64,000 nucleotides of DNA, from contig JARDVH010000146.1 of NCBI GenBank assembly GCA_030324005.1, forward strand, positions 27,243,952-27,307,951. Direction: 5' to 3'. The translations under genes and the position numbers were made by a program. The stretch comes from Negaprion brevirostris. Its lineage: Eukaryota. The notes beneath the pieces were generated by a model that had not been told where the DNA came from, did no database searches, and was given only the letters and a program-made list of their open reading frames with translations. Shown piece after piece: positions 38,040 to 50,545 of the stretch; position 1 is the stretch's first letter, and every line of letters starts with the position of its first letter.

Positions 38040-38940
38040 CCTAGAAATCATACTCTGTCACGGATAAACCATCAATAGAGAGAAAACAACATGGATCAGC
38101 AAACAGATCCTGGCACTGACGTATATCATCTGTAACCAGCCATCTCTCTCCTGAGCTTGTGTCACCCTGGATTTTCTCCAGATGGCAGAGGATATCAAGA
38201 CTACCACTGTCATTAGCCAGCTGGAACAACACTGTCCTGAGTACTTAAATACTAAAGACTATTCAGACTCAGATTTCACCTGCACTCTCCTTCATTTCAT
38301 TGCAGATCAGGTTCGTACATTATCATTTCAGGCCCTGGAAAATCCCTGATGGTCAGACCAACCTACTGCCCATGCGATTACCATGACGCCTCCGGTGGAA
38401 GTGTTACCAGAGAACGATCAGATATTTGAGAAGCCGCTACCTCCAACTACAATGATAATACAGCTGGTCGACACGGAAGCTACTGCAACTTCCAGCCATA
38501 ATGCCACAACCACATGGGATGCTGCAATCAGATAGTAGTCTATCACCATCAACAAAGAAAGCAGAGCTGAATAGATCATTCAACCTTCTTCTCGCTGCAG
38601 GAATACTCTTCCTCAGCATCAGAGCTTCCTGTTGGCCCACATGGAAAAAGTTTAGAATGCAGAGCCCAGGAAATGGATGCCACCTTTGTTCATCTCACAA
38701 AAAACAATCGAGACCAACAGCAACCATGCATCAACACAACAGCCGGACTGACCAGGCATGGTTCAACATAAAGTTTTGGAAGAAAAGAATACTCAAATGA
38801 CAGGCCAACCTCCAAGCCAACACCAAGAATCATAACCAACAGAACCTACAGCTATCCACACAGAATGGTGAAAGCGATGTGGAAGGGTAATAAGGGCTTC
38901 CAGACCATGTGAACCTCTAACTTCAAGGACTTGAAGGGAA
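38040..38940 (+). mobile_element. Very decayed Ingi/Vingi-like LINE 3' region
   Basis: Fragments resembling L.VTLD, LAGTT and LN..RT motifs; weak. Confidence 0.4.
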
Positions 38941-39067
38941 GAGATGGAGTAGCAAGAATGTTGTTAACACTAATTATGTAATAGTAATTGAGTTGGAATG
39001 CCATTAAGATCTATAACAATGTGAGACTTGAAGCAAACTAAGGTATACTCATGGGATAAAGATGTGG

Positions 39068-39316
39068 GAACATAGAACATAGAACATAGAACATTACAGC
39101 GCAGAACAGGCCCTTCGGCCCACGATGTTGCGCCGACCAGCTTNNNNNNNNNNNNNNNNNNNNNNNNNNNNNNNNNNNNNNNNNNNNNNNNNNNNNNNNN
39201 NNNNNNNNNNNNNNNNNNNNNNNNNNNNNNNNNNNNNNNNNNNAAAATCCATATATATCACGTCAACTGCCTTACCCCTATCCACCTCTTTGGTCACTTT
39301 CTCAAAGAACTCAATA
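39068..39316 (-). mobile_element. CR1 tail with (AACATAG)n plus RT fragment
   Basis: Tail identical to 29453-29510; minus ORF TKEVDRGKAVDVIYMDF. Confidence 0.85.
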
Positions 39317-40658
39317 AGGAAGAGGTGTAGTAGAAGAGTCTGGTATTTACAGGATTAATGTAGGACTGAGTACATGCAGTGATATAAGAAGGCACTTGAT
39401 GAGAAGAGTATGAAGACTTCTTTAACAGACACGCTGTGCAACCAACACCCAGATAGTGTCTGAAGTGATATGTGATCATGTTGTTAATAACAAATATTAA
39501 ATCAAATTAATTTGTCTGAGCAACCAGTTTCATGTAAGGAACAGAAATAAGAATGATGGAGACACCAGTCGTTGCAGAAAGAAATTCCCCAAATGGAACC
39601 CACTCAGACATACTTCCGTTCTGAGAAATTTTGAAAGAGAGGGCAGGTTTGCAAAACTTGGGTTTTTTTATTGGTGGGTCTGTCTAACCACAATGTGAAG
39701 CCAGGAAATTGTGGTAATGAAGCAAAAAAAATATTGTTGTTTAAGTTTCACAAGCCTGGTGGGGAAAAAAACAGCATCAATTTATTCTTGTCAGGGATCT
39801 CTTCACTCAGATAATGGGAGTTATTTACATCCATTTTGCTGCTTCAATAGAAAATTGACAATGACAAGAGCAATAATTGCTTGTCAAGCAACAAAAAATA
39901 ACAAGATTGATCTTGGTGTGTTTATTTTGTTGGTTGAATATATGAAATTCATTGGTTTAAGTGACAGGATTTCCATTCTTAGGAACCTCACATCAGGATG
40001 AATTCTGGGTCCTGATGCCACTTGGCGTGTTCCTGACACGCCACCTCGCATTTTTACACTGTCAGCCAATAGCCAAGGAGTGAGCTCAGTGTAAAATTAA
40101 GGATGGTGGGTGGTCTGCCAAGGTTGGAGGGCCAGCGGGAGGCCACTCCAGCACTGACATATGGCTGGTAGGACTGTGCATTCAAAATGGAGAGAGGACA
40201 TCTCAGTATGGAGGTACCCTCTGAAGAAAAGGTCAGATTTTGAAAAACTTAAAATGGCCACAGCTGCCCCCACCTGTGCATCTGGTAAATGACAATGCAA
40301 AGCTGGGATCTAACATATCAAATTCCTTATCTCTAACTTACGGCTCTCAGACGGGTTCCCATCAATATTGTGGTAGGAGTACACTCAAAGAGATGTGGAT
40401 TTTCAGGGCATTCTTGACATTTGACATTTTTTTCTAGAATACCATAACTTTTATTCCTGTTTCCCTTTTACAACATTATTTTAAATTTGGAATACTTCAG
40501 CTGCATTGGCAGCGATGCACACAAAAAGAATTGTTCTCCTCAGACATGCTGACGGATATTAAGGCCCCAGAAAATATGCTGAGGAGAGTAACCAGGATGA
40601 TGGCTAAATTTATAGCCCTTAGTTATGGAGATAAGTTTAATGGCTTGGTTTCATTTAC

Positions 40659-40931
40659 TGTTGTAACATGCCTTTAAGGTAACGCACCATCTTGTAACTT
40701 TAAAGAAAGCATGTCATGTGATCCAATCTCAGTTTCACTTTGTCCAGGACCAGACCACACATGCACAGCTCTGCAGCTCTGATGTTCTCAAGCTCCCCAT
40801 GAATATATGTTCGCATGAGCTTCGAATTAATGAGAGAACCCACTAGGTGTTTGCACGATTCTTAATGAGTGACTGGTGGATTTGTAATCATTGGAAACAA
40901 TACACGATATTTAGTTCAGAGAAATGTAACA
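40659..40931. mobile_element. Probable solo LTR inserted in an old CR1 3' fragment (~40490-41240)
   Basis: TGTT...AACA termini, ~270 bp; CR1-like sequence on both sides; TSD only partial (TTTAC/TTCAA). Confidence 0.5.
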
Positions 40932-42004
40932 TTCAAGGAGACATGATTAAGGTTCTAAAGAGATGAGGAGTTTGGCCTTAAGCTAGTAGCTATGCTATTT
41001 GAGATATTTCAAGCACTTGAGGTCCTACCTTTAAAATCAGTCCAAAAATTACTAGGTTAGGCACCAAGAACCATTTCCTGCTGTAGAGTCACCATCATGT
41101 GCAACAGACTGATGACATGCATTGAGTGTGAATGCAGGACAGTCCTTTCAAAGGAAACTTGACAAGTTCCTTAGAGAAGACATTTCCAATTATAAGGGGT
41201 AAATTGTGGATTAGCTGTAATGATGATGCACAATAGCTTCCATCAGTCTCCTAGCGCTCACTAGATTACCTTAAGGAGTTAGAGAGAAATTTTCCAGCTT
41301 TCATTGAAATGGTTGCTGATTTTATTCTTTTTATAGAAGCTTGCGTGTTTTAGTTAGGATTTTCTGTTGGTCTTTGCAAATGCAAATATCATGTAATGAA
41401 CTTAATTATATTTATTTATGTGTAATTACTATGCAGGAGTGTCATTTCCTTTCAGGTTACAAACAATGTACAAATAATCTGCAATTTCTTTCATTCACCC
41501 CAGGTAGCTTTAGCTTGTCCAGACACTTGATATGATGTATTTAAGGTACAGGATTAGAATCTAGATCTGCCTTTATTACTCTATAACATGCATCCCACAA
41601 ACAACACTGATTTGAAATGTACACATAAGATTTTGAAGTCCATATTGTTCTTTGTCTCATTCTTCTAGCCTTTAACTCATACAATGTTGCACCTATAGTT
41701 CAGCAGCTTCCAACTTAAGATTATGAGTTATCTGTTGATATTTAGCCATTCAACCAATTGTCTGTAGAAAAGGCTCAAGAATTTTTCATATTTGTCTATG
41801 TGGAAGTTTCTGCTGCAGCTAACAGAAATACAAGTCCCTGACCTTGATATTCCATTACCCTTTCTCTTCTGATTTGCTGTATCAACAGCTTTCTGTGATA
41901 TAATTAAAGTGACGAGAAATGTGAAATGTTTGAATAAAAACAAGCCCGTAGGAGTGAATTTTCTTGTTCATGCTCTTGTATCATCTACTTGTTCTTCATA
42001 CGAT

Positions 42005-42160
42005 CTTCCAACCCAGCTGAAGGTGATAAAATTATATAAAACTGGCCACTAAATATGGCACCAGTGTTTAATTAATTGCAAAAAATCATCTGAACATTTC
42101 AGATTTTTCCATGTTTTTAAAAAGGGACATAGAATTATATCACATTGACTTACAAAGTTA
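42005..42160. repeat. Left arm of a local ~150-bp inverted duplication
   Basis: Reverse complement aligns across its whole length to 42892-43037. Confidence 0.92.
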
Positions 42161-42780
42161 CCCGAACTTGCTTCACTCAGTCAAAGACCAATTTAAGTCT
42201 TGGGCTGTAGTTTACACACCAGGCCAGTTTCTGGCAGTTGAGCAACAATGTGAGTTAGAAAATGAGGCTCAAGGTATTTTAACTAGAAACCTTGTTTTAC
42301 ACATTGACAGCACCTCTGTATCAGTAGAAGGGAATATTATGAGGTAATGCAAGGACTTACATTACAAACGAAGGGACAGAATAGATAGAAACAGATNNNN
42401 NNNNNNNNNNNNNNNNNNNNNNNNNNNNNNNNNNNNNNNNNNNNNNNNNNNNNNNNNNNNNNNNNNNNNNNNNNNNNNNNNNNNNNNNNNNNNNNNNNNN
42501 NNNNNNNNNNNNNNNNNNNTTAATAGCCAAAGCAGAGATTGTGGCAGCATTAAAGAATAGATTTGGTGGACGGCCTAAGGAAATGGGGACAAAGAGATGT
42601 CTGAACAAGTTAGGCATGTAGATTAGGAAAATTGCTCATGTGGCTAAATTACCTGCTTCTGTTCATAATTTCAATCTGTTCTTTTCCTTTGTGCTGCTGA
42701 AATGAAAACATATTGGGACAAGATTTAAAATAATGACATTTTAATAATAATACTATTTTACAAAGAATACAAGACTACAA

Positions 42781-43190
42781 AGAAGGCCTGTGATGCAGTG
42801 GGCAGTGTCTCTACCTCTGGGCCGGAAGCTGTATGTTCAAGTCCCATTTCAAGACTGGATGGCTATAGAAGGTGTGTTCATAACACTAGAATAACTTGGT
42901 AAGTCAATGTGGTGTAATTCTATGTCCCTTTTTGAAAACATGGAAAAATCTGAAATGTTCAGATGATTTTCTGCAATTAATCAAACAGCACTGGTGCCAG
43001 TTTTACATAGTTTTATCACCTTCAGCTGAGTTGGAAGCATGTAAATCCTCCCAATACACCTGATCTTTGGTGTTTAAAGCGGGAGAGTTTCCTGATCAGC
43101 CATACTGCAGAAGGCAACAGCAAACCACTGCAGTACTTTGCCAAGCATAATGATGGATCAGTCCAATGGAAGGACATTATTGTAAATGGT
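42781..43190 (+). mobile_element. tRNA-derived SINE with RTE-like tail, interrupted by the inverted duplicate
   Basis: A box TGATGCAGTGG, B box GTTCAAGTCC; 3' part GGCAACAGCAAACCACTGCAGTACTTTGCCAAG resembles RTE-type tails. Confidence 0.65.
42892..43037. repeat. Right arm of the local inverted duplication
   Basis: TAACTTGGTAAGTCAATGTGG...TCACCTTCAGCTGAGTTGGAAG is the inverted copy of 42005-42160. Confidence 0.92.
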
Positions 43191-43589
43191 GCCTGAGGAA
43201 GGAAGACAGGAATTCAGTACTTCCACCTGGTTAATAGTGTTTTACCTCACTAATTTACAAATGCTACTTACGCACATGCTGAAAATTGCAAATCTGACAA
43301 TACCTAATCACATATACATGAGAATATATGTATCCCACCTAAGTTGTTACCCTGTGATGTCCAGTTTTAAAGTAATTGAAACTGATTCATGAACTATTCA
43401 AAGATCGCTAGAATACATAAATGCACATTCACTTTCATCTCATTTTACTTCCTTTATTTATATCTCGCTTTTGTGTAAAACCTTTCACATAAAATCATCC
43501 AATTTAGTGCTATTTTCTTGCATTGTATTCACAAGAAATTAGGATGTGCTTCCTTTGTAAAATATTTAAGAAGCTGTCTTTCAGAGTTC

Positions 43590-44143
43590 ATCATAGATCC
43601 TTTGAATTCCTAGAGTAAAGATATAGGCCATTTGGCCCATCACGTCTGCACTGACTCTCCGAAAGAGCATTCTTACCCAGGCCTCTGCAACTTGCTCTAT
43701 CCCATAATCCTGTGCATCACCTGGGGAGGTGATGGCCTCGTGGTATTATCACTAGGCTATTAATCTAGGAATTCAGTTAATGTTCTGGGGACCTGGGCTT
43801 AAATCCTGCCATGGCAGATGATGGAATCTGAATTCAACAAACAAAATAGCTGCAATTAAGAACATACTGATGACCATGAAACCATTGTCAATTGCCAGAA
43901 AACCCCACTTGGTTTACAAATGTCCTGTAGGGAAGGAAATCAGCCTACTTGTGAGTCCAGATCCACAGCAATATTGTTGACTCTCAACTTATGCAATTAG
44001 AGATGCTGGCCAGCCAGTGACACCCATGTCCCATGAATGAATAATAAAAAAAACCCATAGCTAATCCACCTAACCTTTACATCTTTGGACACTCATGGGC
44101 AATTTAGCGTAGCTAATCAACCTAACTCACACACCTTTGGACT
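43590..44143 (-). mobile_element. HE1-type SINE split by a nested SINE
   Basis: Tail at 43590-43721; core resumes at 44054 (CCCATAGCTAATCCACCTAACC). Confidence 0.75.
43723..44053 (+). mobile_element. tRNA-derived SINE (second family) with LINE-shared tail
   Basis: Head GGGGAGGTGATGGCCTCGTGGT; tail GCTGGCCAGCCAGTGACACCCATGTCCCATGAATGAATAATAAAAAAA matches the LINE end at 48237-48310. Confidence 0.8.
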
Positions 44144-44690
44144 CTGCACATCATTTAGAACTAAAATTTTGGGTTGTATAATTGGATATCCTTTAGAATT
44201 GCTCATGGGAGGAAATGACGACAGTCAGATCTGAAGTGCACACTGAGACATTGAAGGTCACAGACTTTTCACATGCAAAACTCTAGAAGATGTCAACATA
44301 AGTAGTTCAGTGAAGGTGCAAAGGCTGAAGAAAAGTATACAAATGAAGCGCTTGTTGGAGAATAGGGTCTGAACTTTGGCCACTGAGATGGGTAGCTTGA
44401 GTCAGGAAACTCCCAATTCACTGGAGCTGCTTCAGTAAACAGTGCTCCAAATTGCAAAACCTTCTCTCTGGAGGGGAGGTACAGATTTGGGATGGAGTGC
44501 TGCCCACTGACCCTGGAAGTAGGTGCTAGGAGGATATGGAGTGAGTGAGAGCTGAAGCAGTCTTGCAGAACACCCACATTGACACTCTGCGGCTTAGTGC
44601 CGGTTGGTTTGGAGGATTTTGGCTCCTATACACCCCTGCCTATATGCCCCTCATGCACCCCATATCAACTCAATGCTAACTCATGCTCAC

Positions 44691-44998
44691 TGTTAGAATG
44701 TAACCAGTGACAACTTTGTATTGGATATAATGTGACCAATGGGAACAAAATGTAAGGGTCAGCTGACCTAGTAAACCATGGAACAAATTACAGAGTGATG
44801 TAATAGTCAGCTGACCAGCTGATTCACTATAAATAAGAAACCGTGTAGAATTGTGGACAGCTTGGAGTGGCCATGGCGAGTCTCCAAGTTTGGAGTAATG
44901 ATGTTTCTTTATTGAACCCCTTCTTTGATTTCGAAGTTGGAGTAAGTGTTGTTGTATTTTCATTAGCTGCATTTTGAAGAGTTCCTTCAGAAGAAACA
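44691..44998 (+). mobile_element. Solo LTR (308 bp) with perfect 5-bp TSD
   Basis: TGTT...AACA termini flanked by CTCAC (44686-44690 and 44999-45003); CCAAT at 44736; TATAAATA at 44828. Confidence 0.85.
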
Positions 44999-45528
44999 CT
45001 CACCAGTCCCCTGACCCCTCCCCCCCGCCCATGCTACAGATATGATGTGAGTGGAAGTAGTGGTGTCAATTCCTTTAATCGTATTGAAATGTATTTAAAT
45101 GAATGGAAATCAGGTTCATGTCCTTTCTGGGTGTGAACATAATCACGTCATCAATGTGGGTTGAAGAAGATCTCAGACTGAGATCACACTAGCGCAAATC
45201 CCATTTTTGGCCACTCACAAGATTTAATGGGATTTCCATCCAGAGCGAACTAGATTGTGCCCATGATCTAGTAACAGCAGCCCAGGGGTGAGATGGAGCT
45301 GGGGAGCGACATTTAGTGCCCAACCATCTCTGCTTCTGGTGCCAGCCGATGCTAAAAACAATTTCTAATGGAACTAAGTCAACGAATTGGCAGAAAACTG
45401 CATTGATGCAGCTTTCGATTGTACTGTGAACATCTGCCTCCTATACACAGCCGCATAATCCTCTTTTAATAATTATGTGAGGCTTTAACAGCACCTTACA
45501 AAAACCTAGTATGGTGATGATTACTTAC

Positions 45529-45618
45529 TGATTCTATTGGCAATAATAGTGTTACACTTAAATAGTGGTGAAAGTGACCTTTGCTCTGCAGCTCTTTTCG
45601 TATGTGGAAATTGATACT
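45529..45618 (-). other. Candidate 90-nt internal exon (unidentified)
   Basis: Acceptor TTTTCTTTCTTGCTGGCTTTGCCATTTTGCAG and donor CA|GTAAGT; two frames open; no recognisable homology. Confidence 0.25.
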
Positions 45619-46479
45619 CTGCAAAATGGCAAAGCCAGCAAGAAAGAAAATTATGCTCTTTGTGTGCAGTGAAATATTCATTATTGCAGTTATTATTAAA
45701 GTCTAATCAATGTTTCTTAAGTTGTTTAGTGTAATTTTCTTGTGGTTTCCTAGTACAATGGAATGGCACAAGTTTGTGTATGCTTCTCTAAAAAGTAGGG
45801 CATGCACTAAGGGATGCAGCCTAGATAATATCCTACTGTTCCACATGGACTCTTCATTGGCAGACAGAGACATATACCCTGGAGTGACGAACAATAGATC
45901 ACATTCAATTTCTTACAACTGAACTGTGTTTTCAAATCCCTCTGAGATTGTCATCTAATTTTATTTTTAACATGCAGGTCTGATCATTGCGTATGTGTAA
46001 TGACAGCTGTAGTAGCTGAGATGTAAGCCTTACTTGTGACTAATAAATAAATAAATACATACACAATAAGGAGGAATCTGGGTGGGTAGGTTTCTCAATG
46101 TATTTGTGTCCTTCAATGCAGAAATTCCAAGCTTGTAGTGGGGCTCTCCTCTCATTTCAGAGAGCAACTACTGCTTGGGTCATTCCAGTGCCTGAGCAAT
46201 GGTTTCACAGCATGAAGGGTATGTGACAAAACTGGGTATTTTTCTGCTTTTGCATTGCGATATTTTCACCAGAAAAAGTGTGAGAGCTTGTACATTTCAC
46301 TATGCTGTCATGAAAGTGAAATAGTCACTAATAAATGGGGAATTCAAACGAAATTTCCTTACCCAGAGATTGATTAGAATGTGGAACCACAAAGAGTCAT
46401 TCAGACAAATAACTTAGATACATTTAAGGGGAAACCAGATAAACATGAATGAAGGAGGAATAGAAAGAGATGTTAATTG

Positions 46480-47600
46480 TGCTCACTGAAGAAAAGTGGC
46501 AGGCATGCCAAATTTCCTTATTCTTCTGAGAAAGTAGAGGCATTGTTAGGATTTCCGAACGATAATGTCGGCATGGGGGGGATCCAGGAGAGGTTGTTGA
46601 TGATCTGGACACCTAAAATCCTGAAGCTCTCAATCATTTCTACTTCATCTCAATTGATGTAACGGGCACGTCCTCCACTACGATTGCTGAAGTTGATGAC
46701 TATCTCCTTTGTTTCGTTGACACTGAGGAAGAGATTATTGTCGTCTCACTAGTTCACCAGATTCTCTATCTCATTCCGATGTCTTGCCATTGTTTGAGCT
46801 CTGACCCACTACAGTGGTGTCATCAGCAAACTTGAAAATTGAGTTGGAGAGGAATTTGGCCACACAGTCACAGGTATATAAAGAGTAGAGTAAAGGACTG
46901 AGGACACAGCCTTGTCGGGCACTGGAGTTGAGGATGATTGTGGAGGAGGTGTTACTGCCTACCCTTACTGATTGCGGTCTGTGGGTTAGGAAGTTCAGGA
47001 TCCAGTTGCAGAGGGAGCTGAGCCCTAGGCCACAGAGCTTGGACATGAATTTTGTATGAATAATGGTGCTAACGGCTGAGCAGTAGTCAATAAATAGGGG
47101 TCTACCATAGGTGTCTTTGTTATCCAGGTGTTCCAGGGTTGAATTAGGGCCAGGGAAATGGTGTCAGCTATGGACCTGCACTGGATCCAGGTAATCTGGG
47201 AGGCAGGAATTGCTTTATGCCACGATGTTTCAAAGCACTTCATGATGATGGATGTCAGAGCGACCGGACGAAAGTCATTAAGGCATGCTGCCTGGCTTTT
47301 CTTTGGTACAAGGATGATGGTTATCTTCTTGAAGCAGATAGGGACTTCAGATAGGTGTAAAGAGACGTTAAATATACCCCCTCAAGCTGGTCTGTGCAGG
47401 ATCTGAGTACTCGTCTGGATACCCCATCTAGCCCAGTCACTTTCCTTGGGATGACTTTCAAGAGGGCTGATCTGGTGTCTGCAATGGTGACCGTGGATAT
47501 GGGTTCTGCCGAGGCTTCTGGGGTGGAAGGCATGCCCTTGCTAACCTCTTACACGAAACAGGCATAGAATGCATTGAATTCAACAGAGAGGGGTACATTG
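46480..47600 (-). mobile_element. Rex1/Babar LINE RT region, decayed
   Basis: [46 protein letters not shown]; MKCFE; [11 protein letters not shown]. Confidence 0.92.
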
Positions 47601-48236
47601 GTGAGCTCATCAGAGAGACAATGCAAATTAGCATGAGTTAGCCTTCAGACAAGAGAGTTTTGGATGAGCTTCAGTTTATGCATGATGGAAGATGTGAAAG
47701 GCTGGAAATTCATTGGAATAGCCAAGTTTAGAAGTTACAAAGCCTAGGGTAACATTTTCAGCAACAAGTGAATTGAGGCAAAGGTGGAAATGAGAGATTT
47801 TACAGAGCTGGAAAGGGCAGTTTTTTAATGGAACGTATATGTGGCAAGAAGCTTATCTCAGCACCAAAGTTGCTCAGCCTTGTTCAGCTCAGACAATTAC
47901 CAAAGTCCAATTTCAAGTGCAATCAGAAAACTGCAGAGTATTTCAAGTTTCAATCATGAAAACAAGTAGCAAAATGCTACCTATAGAATAAAAATCTTTT
48001 CTTGAAACTGATAACTGTTCTCTTGGTAATGTGCTTTATGGGACATTATTCCTTAAAAACGTAACAAGTTTATCTGACTCATGCAAAACAGAAAGTTCTA
48101 CCTTTGATCCTTGCTGAATTGTTGCACTCAGTCAGGTTACCAATATAGGCAATATGAATTGGATTCAATGCTTTCATTATGGAGAAGAAGCAAAAATTCT
48201 AATTTCTGATTGCTATCCAGCATCACCACATGGAAT

Positions 48237-48490
48237 ATTCATGTTTTCTTTCATTCTTGGGACATGGGCATCACTGGCTAGCCAGAATTTTTGCCCATCC
48301 CTAATTGCCCTTGAAAAGATGGCGGTGAACTGTCTTCTTGAATTGCTGCTGTCCATGCGTTGTGGGTTGACCCACAATGCTGTTTGTGAGGGAATTCCAG
48401 AATTTTGATCCAGCGACTGCAAAGAAATGGTGACATATTTCCAAGCCAGGGTGGTGAGTGGCTTAGAGGGGAACTTGATTTCCCCTGCAA
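48237..48490 (-). mobile_element. LINE 3' end (tail shared with SINE 43723-44053)
   Basis: Reverse complement ends CAAGGGCAATTAGGGATGGGCAAAAATTCTGGCTAGCCAGTGATGCCCATGTCCCAAGAATGAAAG. Confidence 0.7.
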
Positions 48491-48672
48491 CTAACCAGGC
48501 CTCCCTCAGCCCTCTCCCTCCGCCCACCCCCCACCACCCCCGCCACCAGAGATACATCTGACCCGCCACCTCNNNNNNNNNNNNNNNNNNNNNNNNNNNN
48601 NNNNNNNNNNNNNNNNNNNNNNNNNNNNNNNNNNNNNNNNNNNNNNNNNNNNNNNNNNNNNNNNNNNNNNNN

Positions 48673-49765
48673 TTGAGGATGATCATGGAGGAGGTGATTG
48701 TGGTCTGTGAGTTAGGAAGTTCAGGATCCAGTGCAGGGGGAGGTGCTGAGGCCCAGGCCACAGAGATTGGAGATGAGATTCATGGGAATAATGGTGTTGA
48801 AGACTGAGCTGTAGTCAATAAATAAGAGTCTGACATATGTGTCCTTGTTATCTGGATGTTCCAGGGTTGAGTGCAGGGCCAAGGAAATAGCGTCTGCTGT
48901 GGACCTGTTGCAGCGATAGGCAACTGGAGTGGATCCAGGTAGTCCGGGAGGCTCGAATTGATTTGTGCCATGACTAACCTTTCGAAGCACTTCATAATGA
49001 TGGATGTCAGAGTCACCGGCCAATAAGGCACGCTGCTTGGTTTTGCTTAGGTACCGGGATGATGGTCATCTTCTTGAAGCAGATAGGGACCCCAGATTGT
49101 TGTAAAGAGAGGTTGAAGGTGCCTGCGAATATACCTGCCAGCTCATCTGCACAGAATCTGAGTGCTTGTCCAGGTACCCAATACAGACCAGTTGCTTTCC
49201 GTGGGTTAACATTTGAGAAGGCTGCTCTTGCATCTGCATGGTGGCCTCAGATACAGGTTCATCCGAGGCTTCTGGGGTGAAGGCTGTGCTCTCACTAACC
49301 TCTTGCTCAAAACGGGCATAAAATGCATTGAGCTCATCAGGGTGGGGTGTGTTGGTGCCAGTGGCCTGTTATGACTTGCAGACCTTGCCATAGTTGGTGG
49401 GTATTCCGTATGGCGAGCCTGGGACTTGAGTTTGGTCCGGTACTGTCTTTTGACATCGTTGATGGATCTCCTTTGATCATACCTGGCTTTCTTGTACATG
49501 ATGTGGAGATGCCGGCGTTGGACTGAGTAACCCGGTTTTGTCAGACTTCTTTCTTGTACATGTCAAGGTTGCCTGACCTGACTTCAGCAAACAGTGGATA
49601 TCCCTGTTCGTCATGGTTTCCAGCTGGGAAACACGTGGGTTTGCTTCTTTGGCACACCGTCTTCTACACACGTACAAATGAAGTCAGTTACCAAAATGGC
49701 ATACTCATTCAGACTGTTTGTAGAGTTTTTAAATACTGACCAGCCTACTGACTCTAAGCAGTAAG
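48673..49765 (-). mobile_element. Rex1/Babar LINE fragment
   Basis: [22 protein letters not shown]; [40 protein letters not shown]; YKKARYD. Confidence 0.92.
49501..49548. mobile_element. 48-nt mini Penelope-like insertion with 14-bp TSD
   Basis: CTTTCTTGTACATG at 49487-49500 and 49549-49562 flanks ATGTGGAGATGCCGGCGTTGGACTGAGTAACCCGGTTTTGTCAGACTT. Confidence 0.8.
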
Positions 49766-49780
49766 GTAGTGGAAAGATAT

Positions 49781-49918
49781 GGGGTGGAATTTTCCAGTCC
49801 CATCCGTTGCTGGAATCGTAGTAGGCAGGACAGACAATTTGATGGAACATGTAAAGGTGCGTTGACCTCAGGTGGGAATTTCTGGTCTTGGGGCATGCGT
49901 GACTGGAAAATCTTAGCC
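49781..49918. mobile_element. MITE, PIF/Harbinger-like
   Basis: TIRs GGGGTGGAATTTTCCAGTC / GACTGGAAAATCTTAGCC. Confidence 0.7.
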
Positions 49919-50545
49919 ACAGATTCCATTATTGAACCGTGCCAGCAGTGGCCTAACTTTACTGTACTTATGGTATTTTGGCAACTGACTTCCTACAGCA
50001 CACCCATTTCTTGACCTGGGTGTTAATCATTCTTTTTTCTTATGTTTTTGCGGTGTCTTTTGTTTAGTGCTCGGGGATAAGATCCAAATACCTTTCTACT
50101 CCACACTCGCTCTCGCATTGCAAATACCAAGGGAAAGGATACTGGCATACTTTGGCCATTTAGATAGTCTTAAAATGTTCAAACCTACCATCTTAATTTA
50201 GCAGTTTTAGCCATTTCCTTTACCACTCTTCGACATCTTCCTTTTATGGAATTATCTCACGTTGCCTGTACATACTTGTGAGCTAGACTCAGTGTTGTAA
50301 CAATGCCATTTCCTTTTGCAAACTGGATAACATATTTCTCTAAAGATGAACTGAGTTCCCAGAATTTAAGGTGATGGTTGATACTGAGCCTTAATTTGCT
50401 TTATTTCGCACTAAATTGAGCATACAGAGCAACAGTTGTGATTAAATTTACTCTGTTAATTTGGTAAGAGTAATCTTTGTGTGTTGATGTAATGTCAATA
50501 ACTGATCACATTTTCTTATTGACTTAAATAAGGAAGCCTTCTTAC

